Shown here piece after piece: positions 13,813-25,418 of a stretch of DNA of 64,000 nt. Under the pieces are notes generated by a model. That model saw only the letters and a program-made list of their open reading frames with translations. It ran no database searches and was not told where the DNA came from. A program made the position numbers and the translations under genes. Origin of the DNA: Podarcis pityusensis (Eukaryota); NCBI GenBank assembly GCA_964106645.2, contig OZ067044.1; one strand, written 5' to 3'. Position 1 is the stretch's first letter. Each line of letters begins with the position of its first letter.

Positions 13813-13969
13813 CTTTGTAGAGGAGGGACACTGGGAGACCATGATCTTGTCCTTCCTATACTGTCTCCACGGTGAGGGGACCCTGACCGAGAGCAGTGAT
13901 TGGATGACATCACTTGTTCTGGCACTGATAGTGTTGAGCTTTGAAGATCTCGCCCATTATGTCGGTAAT
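13813..13969 (-). CDS. RIMS2: RIMS2 exon, 157 nt: (D)YRHNGRDLQSSTLSVPEQVMSSNHCSRSGSPHRGDSIGRTRSWSPSVPPLQ, phase 1->2
   Basis: cccgctcccag|AT TAC CGA...CTA CAA AG|gtaaat. Confidence 0.95.
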
Positions 13970-14204
13970 CTGGGAGCGGGAGGGAAGGTTGAGAGAGCTG
14001 AACTAACAGTACAGGTATGGTGACATTTCACTTTTTCTGTTTTGTTAGATTTGTACAGATGGCAGAAAAGTCGCACCCTGGAGAAAAGATGTCGCAATAT
14101 ATAATGCTGTCAAATTTTAAAAATAATTACAGGTAGAATTTATACACCACTTTTCAAATTGCTCACAGTGCTTCACATGTGCTGCCCAAGTAAAGACACT
14201 CATA

Positions 14205-15410
14205 AGGGCATAATGAAAGCCCTGCTGTATCAGACCAAAGGGACATCTAGTTCAACACCCTGTTTCACACAGTGGCCTACCAAGGGCCCCAAAGCAGGAC
14301 AATGGTAATAGCACTCTCCTACTAATGTTCCCCAGTGCAAATATTCAGAGGTATGCTGCCTTTGTTCCTGGAATATCAGAAAAACCAGTAACTGTTGATA
14401 TTCCCCATTGATTTCTCTGTGACATCAAAGTTAGTGGCCATCATTACATCCTGTGGTAGAAAATTAAATAATTTAACTATGTACTCTAAGAATAAGTATT
14501 TCCCTTTGTCTGTCCTGAATCCCCCATCATTCAGGTTCATTGTATAACTCTGGATTCTAGTACTTTGAGAAAGGCAGAAAATCTTATCGCTATCCAACTT
14601 GTTTGCCCCATGCCTGTTACTTGCTCTTTTACTAAACTAAACTAAACTAAACTAGACTAAACTAAAACTCTCTAAAATCTTTTTTAGTTTTTCTTTTAGT
14701 TTTTTCTAAACTAAAAACTCTCAAAAGTTGTAAGAACTTGTTCTTGACCTTGCTTTTCCCAGCCTCCCTCCCATTTGTGCTCCTTGTGTGTCATAGCTTT
14801 TTAGTTTGTAAATCTGAGAGTGGCCACTCTGGAAGACTTTTTGGCTAAAGGGTAGGGTGTAAATGCCTTAAATAAGCAAGGAAATAAAATAACATTTCTT
14901 ATAGAGGACTTGCTCCAGCCCCTTGATTCTGCACCTTTCCCAACTCTACAATATCCTTGTTGAGATGTAGCAATCTCAGTTTTCCAAGTATGGTCACAAT
15001 ATAGACTCGTATAAAGGCATAACAATATTAGCAGTTTTATTTTTAAACCTTTTGATACGTTGCTCCCTAACTCGCCTTTTCACAGCTGCCGCTCACTGTG
15101 TTGATGTGTTAATTGTGCTATCCCCCATAATCCCAACGTCTCTTTCCTCATCAGTCACTGCCAGCTCAAACCCCACGTTTTGGGAAATTTTGCCCCAATA
15201 TGCTTCTCTTTACATTTTCAATGAACTACATTTGCTTCTTTAATGCCTATTCACCAACTTTGCGAATATTCTTTTGGAGCTTTTCATAACCCCCTTTTGT
15301 TTTTATTACCCTGAATAATCTGGTACAGTCAGCAAATTTGGCAACCTCACTCCTCATCCCTAACTCCAGACCAAGCCCCAATTCAGATATTTGAGGGGTC
15401 CTGCTCTTTA
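14205..15410 (-). mobile_element. CR1 LINE 3' fragment, degenerate and interrupted
   Basis: Antisense RT remnant EVAKFADCTRLFRVIKT...LQ (FADDTKL motif) near 15250-15350; CR1 3' region GFRTDKGKYLF...LPQDVMMAT; CR1 3' UTR at 14205-14290. Confidence 0.8.
14631..14667. repeat. (ACTAA)n microsatellite
   Basis: actaaactaaactaaactaaactagactaaactaaa. Confidence 0.85.
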
Positions 15411-16766
15411 CACCATGTTCAAAGATTTTCCATAGCCCGGCATTCTTATTGGCTCTCATTTCAACTCCATGTCAAACTTTTCTTTAAAACAAACAAACAA
15501 AACCTTGTTCAGCCCACTGCTGACTTTTGTCCTGTTTTCTTGAGCCACAGTGACTCCCAAAAATATTCCCTAATGGAATTTCTATATGCATCTCCTCCAC
15601 TTTTGCCAACAACATGTGGCGTTGGTGCTTATGTTCTGTCTGAGTTTTTAAATAATTTTCTCCTTTCCTCATTCTTTATCTTTTCCACAGGCTCCCTTTG
15701 CATATATTGTCCATTCCTTAACCACCATGACTTAGGCCTACTGGTTTTATAATTTCCCTATTGCACTTGCTCTTCCCCCATATAGTTCTGCAGTCCTCAG
15801 TATACTAATCCCTATAATTCTGAGTGGGTCTAATCCCAACCAAACTTTCACTTTTTAAATAAAAAGCTGGGCTGTTCATGAACATTGTACAGTACTGTTA
15901 AAAGTTTAATTAACTCTGCAGTTGAAATGCCACTGAACATTCCATGACATCACAGAATTACCGCTAAGATGGGTGGCTAGATGACATATTCCTAGCCCCA
16001 TACATCAGCCTTTGCCAACAGAGATTGTTCCAATAAACGGTATTGCCTCACTTATTTTGAATCATTTAATTTCCTGTACATCAGTATCCACTATGAGAAT
16101 TAAACTAAACATTCAATAGTCAACATAAAAAATATGGGGGGGGGGGGGAATTCATGGAGGTTACAGTAAAGTATGAATTCAAATTTTCATTTATCAGGTT
16201 TAAAATAAAGTGATCCCTTACTTGGAAAATACTAATTTGTGGTATGTTACAGCTAATATGCTCATAATGCATTTTCACTCGTTCCATGGGGGAGCCCATT
16301 AGCGCTGCTAACACTTAGTATCTTAATTAAAAATCTGGAAGGCTGGGGGAGGTTGAAAATATGCCCATTCAATGTGCTGATTATATTATACAGGGAGCTA
16401 TTACAGAAACAAGGGAAGACAGAAAAACCATGAGACAGCCTTAAGAGAGCTTCAGCCTTTAAAAATGCAACTTAATACATCTAAGGCATAGGAATCAGCA
16501 AAATTATTTGCAGGGCAGTAACCATATCCATTACCTTTAGCAGAAGGCACAGATTTACAGCAGTCTTACTAAATTTATAGGTTCTCAGTAGCTGTTAAGA
16601 ATTGATTTTGGAAACTGCCAGTCCAATGATACATTACAAACAAAAGCGCTTTAGGAGGGGGCAATTTGGAGCAGAAAAGTAGCAGGAAATACTGCTTCCC
16701 TGTTCCATATTGCCTCACTCAAGCCACTTCTCCTGCCATGGGATTGCAAACTGGAAATGTGATTTG

Positions 16767-18935
16767 TTGTTGTTTTTTTTAAATAATATTTATTAGTAGT
16801 TTCAGAATTATAGAAAATAAAGAAAAAATAAAAAACAACACAATAATACATAAAAAAGACCAAAAAAACCGGAGAAACCAATACAACAGTATAGCAAAAA
16901 GATAAAAAAGGAAGACAAAAAAAACCACAAATCCCAAATTACATATCTATAACTTCCATTTGCTTGTTTAATTGACCTCCTCACACCTCCCTTCTTGCAT
17001 TCTAGTTCAATTAGTTATTTCAGCAAATTCTTTCCATCTTTCTCAATTTTTGTTACAAAATTTATCTTAACACTTTAACCTAATAATTAGCTCAACAAAT
17101 CCTTTCCATCTTTCCCCATATTCTGCTATTCAAATTACCTTAGTTTATTTAACCTTATCTTACCCTAAAATACCTTAAAACTTAAATCTTAGTTTTCAAA
17201 TATACATAACTCCTGGTATCATTTCTGCTAGAGTCATATAGTTTCATTCCAACATTTTCCCTAATATTCATCAATTTTAAGCTAATTCCCTAAATAGAAA
17301 GTTTTTATTTATATTTTTTTTCCAATCTTCATCCAATGTCTCTTCTTCCTGGTCTCGGATCGTGTCAGTCCTTACTGTCTATTCCATCTAGTCCATCAAC
17401 CTGGAAGCCTTATGTCCGAGGCCCTTAAGTCTCTTCCATGTCCCTTCTGCAGATCTTCTTCTTCTTGTTTATACTTGCCCTTTTCCTTGTCTTTTGTTGG
17501 TCTCTTTCTTAATTTCTTTCCTTTCTCATTGTGAAGTAGGTCTCTGGGGAATTCCAACCCAAAATTGTCTCCATCACTCTTCATCAAACCCGCCCATTCC
17601 CCACAGTCCCACTCCCCACAGTCATCGATATAATCCAAAAAGTATTTAAAAGCATATTTCCAGGTCTCTCCAAAGTTAGGAACCTCCTCAGCTCCAAACT
17701 CCCCCTGGCCCACTCCAACTTCAATCTTCAATGACAGCGGCTTATGCTCCTGTAGGGCCTCGGGTCTCTCCATTTGTATTATTTGAGGTGCAACCGCATC
17801 CTCCTCCATTATCTTCTGCACTTGCCCAGACAGTACAGGTTCATGAGTTGGTCCCTGAATGATTTCTGTATCAATGTTCCCTGTTTGTCCACAGTTATTA
17901 ACCACAACAGTCATCAAATCCATTTTCTCATTCATCAAATCCATCTTCTCGTGCATCTGTTCCAGCAAGGCACTTGTCTTGCATAGAGCAAGCACCCAAT
18001 CTTCCTCCCAGCTCATCTTTAGTCAAGGTCAGAAGAGACTGATCCCACGATCTTAATCTCACAGCTGTTGAGTCTTCAAGTATACTGCAGCAACAATTTA
18101 ACAAGCTCCCTCTAGAGGAGACAATTTCTATTTGTATCCATTTTTTTTTTTTTAAGGCAAGTCCAACAAAGGAAAATTACTTTCATTTTTCAGATATTTT
18201 GTTTCTTTAGAATGCAAAAGGCAACATTGGAATCAGTTTGTTTCTCTTCTTTAACTATCTGTCAAAGTATTCCATTCACAGTCGATGAACCTCTCCAACG
18301 ATTTCTGTCTCTGACACCCCGTTCCCAGGTTAGAGACGGTGGAAACTTATCCTTCTTCACTCCCTTACCTGCTAGGGTTGAACAAAGTTCCCCCCCTTTT
18401 CTTCTGCTTCCAAGGGGGTTTCAGTAATTCTAAATGAAGGAAATTTAAACTTTTTTGACAGCTTTCCAGGCTTTAGCTTACAAAATTTTTGCTTTAGTCT
18501 ATATACAAAAAGCGGAAGGCGGACTTCCTGTTTTGAACCTTCCCGCTTCGATGCCAAATTGAGATATTTCTTAATCCAATTTTCCGTTTCTACTCACGGG
18601 TACTTGTTTTAAATCCAATTGTCCCCAGGAAAAAGTCAGCGCTCTCCGGCAATGGCTGTGCGGCTTCACTCCGTGAAAATAGCAATCAGTTCGCAGCACC
18701 ACGCCACTCACCCCACTTCGCTCCGGTGCCCCAAAATGGGGTTCCCGGTGAGTGGGGGGGGCGCTCCTGGTGCCCTGCCAAACCCCACATTCCCAGGCTT
18801 CCTCCGCCTGGGATTTCTAGCGGGTCCCCACCTTCGCCGCGGTGGGAAGACCCAGTTTCCATGGAGCCCGTTCCTCCGATCGGAGGAACTCCGCCATTCA
18901 CCGATGGCGCTGACCCGGAAGTCCCGCTTTGAAGA
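16767..18935 (-). mobile_element. Full-length non-autonomous L1-derived retroelement (HAL1-like architecture)
   Basis: 5' end ...gcgggacttccgggtcagcgcc...atggcgg (L1-type, CpG-rich); one 206-aa ORF; decayed L1 ORF2 C-terminal remnant (about 17310-17400); 3' UTR homologous to the L1 at 48008-49125; AATAAA plus A-tail; candidate TSD gtgatttg at 16759-16766 and 18936-18943. Confidence 0.8.
17396..18016 (-). CDS. 206-aa ORF of the non-autonomous element; N-terminal heptad/coiled-coil-like segment, acidic middle, basic C-terminal patch
   Basis: ATG-initiated, uninterrupted, located at the L1 ORF1 position; LLEQMHEKMDLMNEKMDLM heptads; KGKKLRKRPTKDKEKGK basic patch. Translation not demonstrated. 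Confidence 0.55.
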   Translation of the reverse strand: MSWEEDWVLALCKTSALLEQMHEKMDLMNEKMDLMTVVVNNCGQTGNIDTEIIQGPTHEPVLSGQVQKIMEEDAVAPQIIQMERPEALQEHKPLSLKIEVGVGQGEFGAEEVPNFGETWKYAFKYFLDYIDDCGEWDCGEWAGLMKSDGDNFGLEFPRDLLHNEKGKKLRKRPTKDKEKGKYKQEEEDLQKGHGRDLRASDIRLPG

Positions 18936-19000
18936 GTGATTTGGAGTAGAGAAGCATCAGTCAAGCAAAGAGTCAAGCACTGTCTCTCTCTGCCACATGT

Positions 19001-19046
19001 AATTCTGCAAAGTCTGGGCCCCAAATTCTGCAAAGTCTGGGCCCCA
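19001..19046. repeat. 23-bp direct tandem duplication
   Basis: aattctgcaaagtctgggcccca x2, perfect. Confidence 0.9.
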
Positions 19047-19299
19047 AATGCTTCTGCTAAATCTGGGTACTCTAATGTGAGGTGGGTAAGGACCTGACAC
19101 AGCAGTGGTGAATTAACATGGAAATAGCCCAGCAGACAAGCACTCACTTGTATAAGGTGCAATCTGGTGAAGCAATTGTTTCCTGCATAGCAAAAAATCC
19201 TGAACTATATTCCAACATTTTAAAGTAGACATGTGGGGGGGAGGAAAGAAAGAAAACATTTCAAAGCTCTATTATTATCTTGTTCACCTCCTTCTTTCA

Positions 19300-19825
19300 C
19301 GTTTAATTTATGGCACTCCAAGGAAGGACTACAGAGTCTCATCAACCATTTTGTCCACACATGGGCTCCATGCATCAGCATTGGTGACCATATGCTTGAG
19401 ATGGTAGACAATTTTGGTTATGGGTTCCACCATAACCAGCAACCTCTTCATCGACACTGAACTGGACAATCATATTGGCAAGGCAGCCACGACAATGGCT
19501 CGTCTCTCCAAAAGTGTATGGGAGAATGTGATGCTAACAACCGATACCAAGATGAAAGTCTACAAGGCTTACATGTTGAGCACACTGCTTTATTGAAGTG
19601 AGTCATGCACAACTTAAACCTGCCAGGAAGAACACCTCAATTCCTTCCATGTGTGCTGCATCAAGATGATTTGCAGGACACAGCCCCAACCAAAGATGTG
19701 CTGTCCCAATCCCACATTCCCAGCATGTTCACACTCCTGTCTCAGTGATGTCTATGCTGGCTTGATCATAGTCACAGAATGGAAGACGGCAGGATCCCCA
19801 AGGACATGCTCTATGGGGAATGATC
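19300..19825 (+). mobile_element. RTE-clade (BovB-related) LINE fragment
   Basis: ELDNHIGKAATTMARLSKSVWEN...TKMKVYKAYMLSTLLY*SES then LCWL.H..RMEDGRIPKDMLYGE, the typical RTE region C-terminal to RT, with stops. Confidence 0.85.
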
Positions 19826-20329
19826 AATGATCATGGCCAATGATCACAAATAAGGGAGCTGGAGTCTCCAACACCATTTGGAGAATACAATATTGCCTAC
19901 CCTTGCCTTATGGCATGTGCCACCACTCTAGAAGTCAATCCATCACTTTTAAACCTCCCCTTTCCAAATAGCATAGGCCTTTAAATCTCCCCCACCCCCT
20001 AAATTACTCCCTTGAGGAATCCCAACAATAATTGGGACTACAGTGAGAAGGGGTATTTATCTCACTTCACCCCATGGCATGGTCCCCATGAAAAGTCACC
20101 CCCTTCCTAACCCCCCCCCAAAAAACCCACCCCCAAACAAATAGGACTGGGGAAAGGGAGACTGTGCCCTGCCCTATACAGGTTTTAGGTTGCAGGGAAC
20201 CTTTCAGATAACCAAGGCTATAAGGAGCACAGACAACACCAATGTCCAATTCCAGGCACACAGTGGTTCTAATCAGGAATGAGGCAAGCTGAGTGGCAGT
20301 CAGAGTAAGCAGAAGATCAGGTACAAGAC

Positions 20330-20780
20330 ACAGTGCTGTCAACAAGCTATTGTTCCAGCAGCTCTACCAGCCTTGCATGGAGGCTTCAAAGCCAGAGCTG
20401 TCAGAACCGCAAGCTGGGCTCAGCTGCAGCCTCTTAGAGGTTTCTGCAGAGAGTCCTCTTCATGAGGAGAGCTGCTCTTGAATAGTCCTTTACTCACTGG
20501 GAGTCCCCTTCTGCAACAAAACACTCCTGACTGTGAGGGTATCAGTCTGCCTCTTGAAGCTCTGCCATTCCCAGGGGTTGTTCTGTCTCTGCTTCAGATG
20601 CTGAGCTCCCTCTCTGTAGAGAGGGATTCTTGCCAGTTTCCCTTGAGAGTCCTGGCTCGTCCTCAGTTGCTGTTCTGGGCTATTCCTAAGTATCTGGGGG
20701 CTCCAAATCATCTTTCGCCAGATCATTCTTGGAGGAGGAGTCATCTGGTGAGGGTACGGCAGACTGCCCACCAATCTACA
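20330..20780. mobile_element. Possible LTR-like repeat remnant
   Basis: GC-richer block in AT-rich intron ending ...ccaatctaca; boundaries and TSD not established. Confidence 0.3.
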
Positions 20781-21939
20781 GAAGGCTATTTAGATTCCAG
20801 AGGTCTGGAAGCAAGCTGAGAAGTTCCAGCACAGAAAGAAGGAACAACGAGGAAAGAAATGTTTGTCAGCATCTCTACAAAGAAACTCTTTCTCTTCAAA
20901 GTGCTCTCCTGGCACAAAGACTATTGAATTGAATGTGGTTTCCACTGACAATATTTCTTTATGTAATATTTGCTAAGAAATACCAACTAAATGGGTACAA
21001 ACTAGATGGGTTTTTCAAACAAATAAAGTATAAAAAAATTAACACGTGCCAATCAGTACTGTGTAAAATCCCTCATCCTAAACATCCTGAACTATTTCCT
21101 AGAAGAGCTCTCACCTCCAAGCTTTCATGAGTATTTTCTTCTGAGCTGTCATCTTCTGGACTGAATGTCATACACACATTTCCTCCTTATGAATGATAAT
21201 GCATATCAAAATATGGCACAGCTATTTGACACTAACAGGGTAAAAGCAGTCCAGTTTCCCATTTCATGACAATATGCTACTGCTAGTGAGAATGAATTGC
21301 AGATATGGTCACTGTACTACATGAACCTAATTTGAAACTGATTCTGGAACTAGCACTCTGTTTGATGACAAAAAGGAACAATGAATAGGTACTTCCCATT
21401 CTTTTAACATGATGATTTAGAGACCATTTGTGCAGTGTGCCTAGGTCCTATAAACTGATCTGCTTTAAACATGCTACTAAAATCCAGAATGGATGTAACA
21501 TCTGCTTACTAAATATGCTCTAAGGGAACTGCTAACAATAAAATGTTCTTATGCCAAATAACTATATCTCTCTATGATGTACTTAACAAAGCTCAGGCAA
21601 AAGTGAAGCTAACAAAATCCCAATAGGGGATGACAGCAGTTATGATGAGCTGCCTACAACCACTGTGGTTGGATAGCATATTTAGTTTGTAGCTGTACTT
21701 GCTGTTGGGGCTCCTGCATAAGATAGCAGAGTTGTGCCTTCCTATATTTCAAAGTGTTAAACTATTTACATGCCAGAAGAGATGGGGAGGGGGAGGGGAC
21801 AGAAAAAGCAGCTTGAAGTAAAACATACCATGTGATACCTACACTCCTTAGAAGGAATTAACATTTCCACTTGCTCAACACTTCTGTTGGGATTCCAGAT
21901 CCCATTGGCATGCCAAGTTACCTCATGGCATGTCTAAAC

Positions 21940-23588
21940 ATGGTGTGTGGAGTGCCGCAGGGCGCAATCCTCTCCCCGATGCTTTTTAACATCTTTATAC
22001 GCCCCCTTGCCCAGATTATCTGGAGCTTTGGGCTGGGCTGCAGTGGCGTAGCGTGGGGGGTGCCAGGGGGGCCGGCCGCACCGGGCGCAACATCTGGGGG
22101 GGCGCGCTCGCTGCCTCCGGAGTCGCCGAAGAGCCTCGGGCGCAGGCTGTAGCAGAGCCCCATGTCTCGTGGAACCGACGAGCTGTGCGCGCGCCCGGGC
22201 TGAAGGCGTCCGGCAGGCAGCGGCTCTCAGCCCCGCGCGTCAGGGCCGCGGAGGACGTGCCAGGCAGCCCCTCCTCACAGCCCCGCCTCCGCTGCTGCTG
22301 CTGCTGGGCCATGTTGCATTTTCCTCGCCTCTCTGCCCCCCTCCTCCTCCGGGCAAGCGGCGTGGTTTGGGCGGCAGCGCCAGCAGCAACTCGACTCAGA
22401 TCGGCAGGTTAGGGGTTGGGGGGGGCGCAAATTACTTGCCTTGCCCCGGGTTAGGGGGCGCAAATTACTTGCCTTGCCCCGGGTGCTGACAACTCACGCT
22501 ACGCCGCTGCTGGGCTGTCACCAATATGCTGATGACACTCAGCTCTATCTGCTGATGGATAGCCACACCGACTCAGCCCCGAACGCATTGACCAGATGCT
22601 TGGAAGCTGTGGCGAGATGGTTTCGTGGGAGCCAATTGAAACTAAATCCTTCGAAGACAGAGGTCCTATGGCTGGGTCGGGATGACATGGGGATGAGGGA
22701 CCAACTCCCTTCTCTTGCGGGGGCCCAATTAGTGCCATTGCCTTCTGTTAAGAGTTTGGGTGTAATCCTTGACGCCTCCCTTCCCAAGGAGGCGCAGGTT
22801 ACAGCAACAGCCAAGGCGACATTTTTCCACCTTTGCCGCATCAAGCAATTGGTCCCTTACCTTTCCCGCCCCGACCTGGCCACAGTGATCCATGCGATGG
22901 TCACCTCCAGGCTTGACTACTGTAATTCGCCCTACGCGGGGCTGCCCTTGAAGCTGTCCCAGAAACTCCAGCGGGTGCAGAATGCTGCAGCGAGGCTCCT
23001 CACGGGGTCTCTGCCATGGGAGCATATTCACCCGGTGCTTTTCAAGCTGCACTGGCTCCCGGTGAAGTACAGGGTCAGATTTAAGGTGCTGCTTTTGACC
23101 TTTAAAGCCCTTCACGGCCTAGGACCCTCGTACCTATGGGACCACCTCTCCCGGTATGCCCCACAGAGAGCCTCAAGGTCCATAAATAGCAACACCCTAG
23201 TGGTCCCGGGCCCTAAGGAAGTTAGATTAGCTTCAACCAGAGCCAGGGCCTTTTCAACTCTGGTTCCGGCCTGGTGGAACGCTCTGCCTCATGAGACCAG
23301 GGCCCTGCAGGATCTGATTTCTTTCCGCAAGGCCTGTAAGACAGAGTTGTTCCGCCTGGCCTTTGGCTTGGAGCCAATTTGATTCCCTCCCTCTCTTTCT
23401 TTTTTCTTTTCCTTCTCCTCCTGCGATGAGGCATTTTAATATTTTAATGTTTCAATATTTTAATGTTGTATTTTAATTTTGTTTTACGTTGTAATCATTC
23501 AACTTGTTTTTATTATTGCTTGTTAGCCGCCCTGAGCCCGGCCTTGTCTGGGGAGGGCAGGGTATAAATAAAAAATTATTATTATTAT
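21940..23588 (+). mobile_element. L2-clade LINE, 5'-truncated, RT domain to 3' end, interrupted by a MITE
   Basis: CGVPQGAILSPMLFNIFIRPL...GLGC | HQYADDTQLY...KLNPSKTE...SRLDYCNS...LQRVQNAAARL...LHWLPV...FRKACKTELF; 3' end gccgccctgagccc...gggtataaataaaaaa(tta)n. Confidence 0.92.
22041..22509. mobile_element. GC-rich hAT MITE nested in L2, 8-bp TSD
   Basis: TIRs CAGTGGCGTAGCGTG / CACGCTACGCCGCTG; TSD ctgggctg at 22033-22040 and 22510-22517; internal duplication ggggcgcaaattacttgccttgccccggg x2. Confidence 0.93.
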
Positions 23589-23705
23589 AAACAAGCAGGC
23601 AGGTTTTTAATTAAAACACAACAATGAAAGAGTAAGCCAATCAACTTATCATGACAAATTATAAATATAAACTTTTTCAGTGTTAAAATCTTATAAATTT
23701 GTTAC

Positions 23706-23774
23706 CTGACACTACTCCTATTCCATCATCGCAATCATAGTCTGAGACTTCACTATCACTTATTCGTTTGGACC
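23706..23774 (-). CDS. RIMS2: RIMS2 exon, 69 nt: (R)SKRISDSEVSDYDCDDGIGVVS(D), phase 1->1
   Basis: ttttggcag|GG TCC AAA CGA...GTG TCA G|gtaaca. Confidence 0.95.
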
Positions 23775-25418
23775 CTGCCAAAAGAAAAAGAGGATCATAG
23801 GATTAATTATAGCCGTTCTATTAAATGAGTACTACATTTATTAAGGCTTGCTGGTCATTGTTAACAAGGCTCAATATCTTTCCATGTATGCTTTTGTCTC
23901 CTATAAAACAAATTATAGCTGTGAAAAGCAGAGAAAAGCAGTATTTTAAATGTTAATGGAGTGATAACAATACTTACCAAAATAACTAGAGCTTCATCAG
24001 CAAAAGCTGGCCCAAAGTCTATTATCAGACCTTAACACTAGGTCACGTAAGAAAAAATTGAGACTCTGGTTTAATTTTAAATATGCTTACCCACTTCTCG
24101 GTTTCCTACACAACAGCAGGCAGATATTGTTCAACAGTTTACAACCACATTTAACCTATTTGTCAACAATAAAATAATCCTATTGGACAGGAGGGGTCAC
24201 TTTAGCCCTCAATGTATATACAAATAAGATATGAAAGGACTAAATCATAGAGCTGAACAAGCTAGTAAAGATAGTCGAACTGAATGATATTGAACTTGTA
24301 TCTTTCATATACAGTAGAGAAGTTTATCTCCCTCAGCTGTTGTGTATTTTCCAAATGTAGTGAAATTAAGCAACAGGTAGCACAGAATAAGCTCCTCTCC
24401 TTCTTCCATTTTTGCAAGGAGCAAGGGTACTGTTATTCACTGTACACTGAAACACAACATGACCTCAATAAACACGTCCTTCCACTTAAATACCTTGCCT
24501 TTGTTTTGACAGCACAACTGTTTTGTATTCAGTGTACAAATAGAGCTCCATATTTTGGGTATAACATAAAAGCTATTGGAAATGGAAAACACAAAGAACG
24601 GGCAACCAATTTTATATGATTGATATTCTGAGGCTGAATTCATGTGCTGCATTTGAATTGGTATGTAACTCAGCTGATGAATTATACAACATGCTATAGG
24701 ATCCACATTTAGAATAAGAAATACTTAAGCATTCATAGAGCAGAAACAAGAGCTAAAATGTCTGAAGAACGAACATCCTACTTATAATTTCTCAAAGCAC
24801 AAAAGGAAGACAGACTACAGAACCAGCATTCTACAGTTATTTGTACTAATTTTGAAGCAACCCTTTTGTAAGCCCCTAAAAAGAAAAGAAAATTAATGGC
24901 TAGCAAAAACAAACAAAATCAAAACAATTTGATTTTCTTCTGTGACTGAAAATAAAAGTAGAAAATGAAATGTAGTCTGTCATTAGCAAGACTTTTGGAT
25001 TGGTTTTACCTCAAAGTTTGAGCTAGAGAACACTGACCAAAAGATCTTGGCATCAAATTAGTGGTATCAAATTGCTGGTATCAGCTTGTAGAAATTGAAC
25101 ACTGAAATACTATGAATGGATGGTGCAACTGAGAAACCATATAAACTCAAGTCTCAGAAGTATTGTTGCTGGGCCTTATTGTTGTTCAACATTGTTGTTA
25201 ATGAGTTGCATTATTGGAGAGTTTGCACAAAAAGTGTGCAGATGGCACAGAGTTGGAAAAGACTACAACTATTTTTAAAATTAGAATTAAGATCCACTAA
25301 ATGTAAACTGAAAAACGTAGCTGTAAAGGAAAAGGGTAAGATCCAACATAATGTTAGCACAAGAAGCTTGAAAGTTGACATCATTGTGCAAGCAGTAGCA
25401 CACCAACTTATCTCTCAC

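Noticed and set aside
18619-19162. Overlapping GC-rich ORFs at the 5' end of the L1-derived element
   Set aside because: Expected by-product of GC-rich UTR sequence; one crosses the element boundary.
22441-23382. 313-aa ORF as a functional reverse transcriptase
   Set aside because: It starts inside the inserted MITE and lacks the N-terminal RT and endonuclease; it is a truncated L2 copy.
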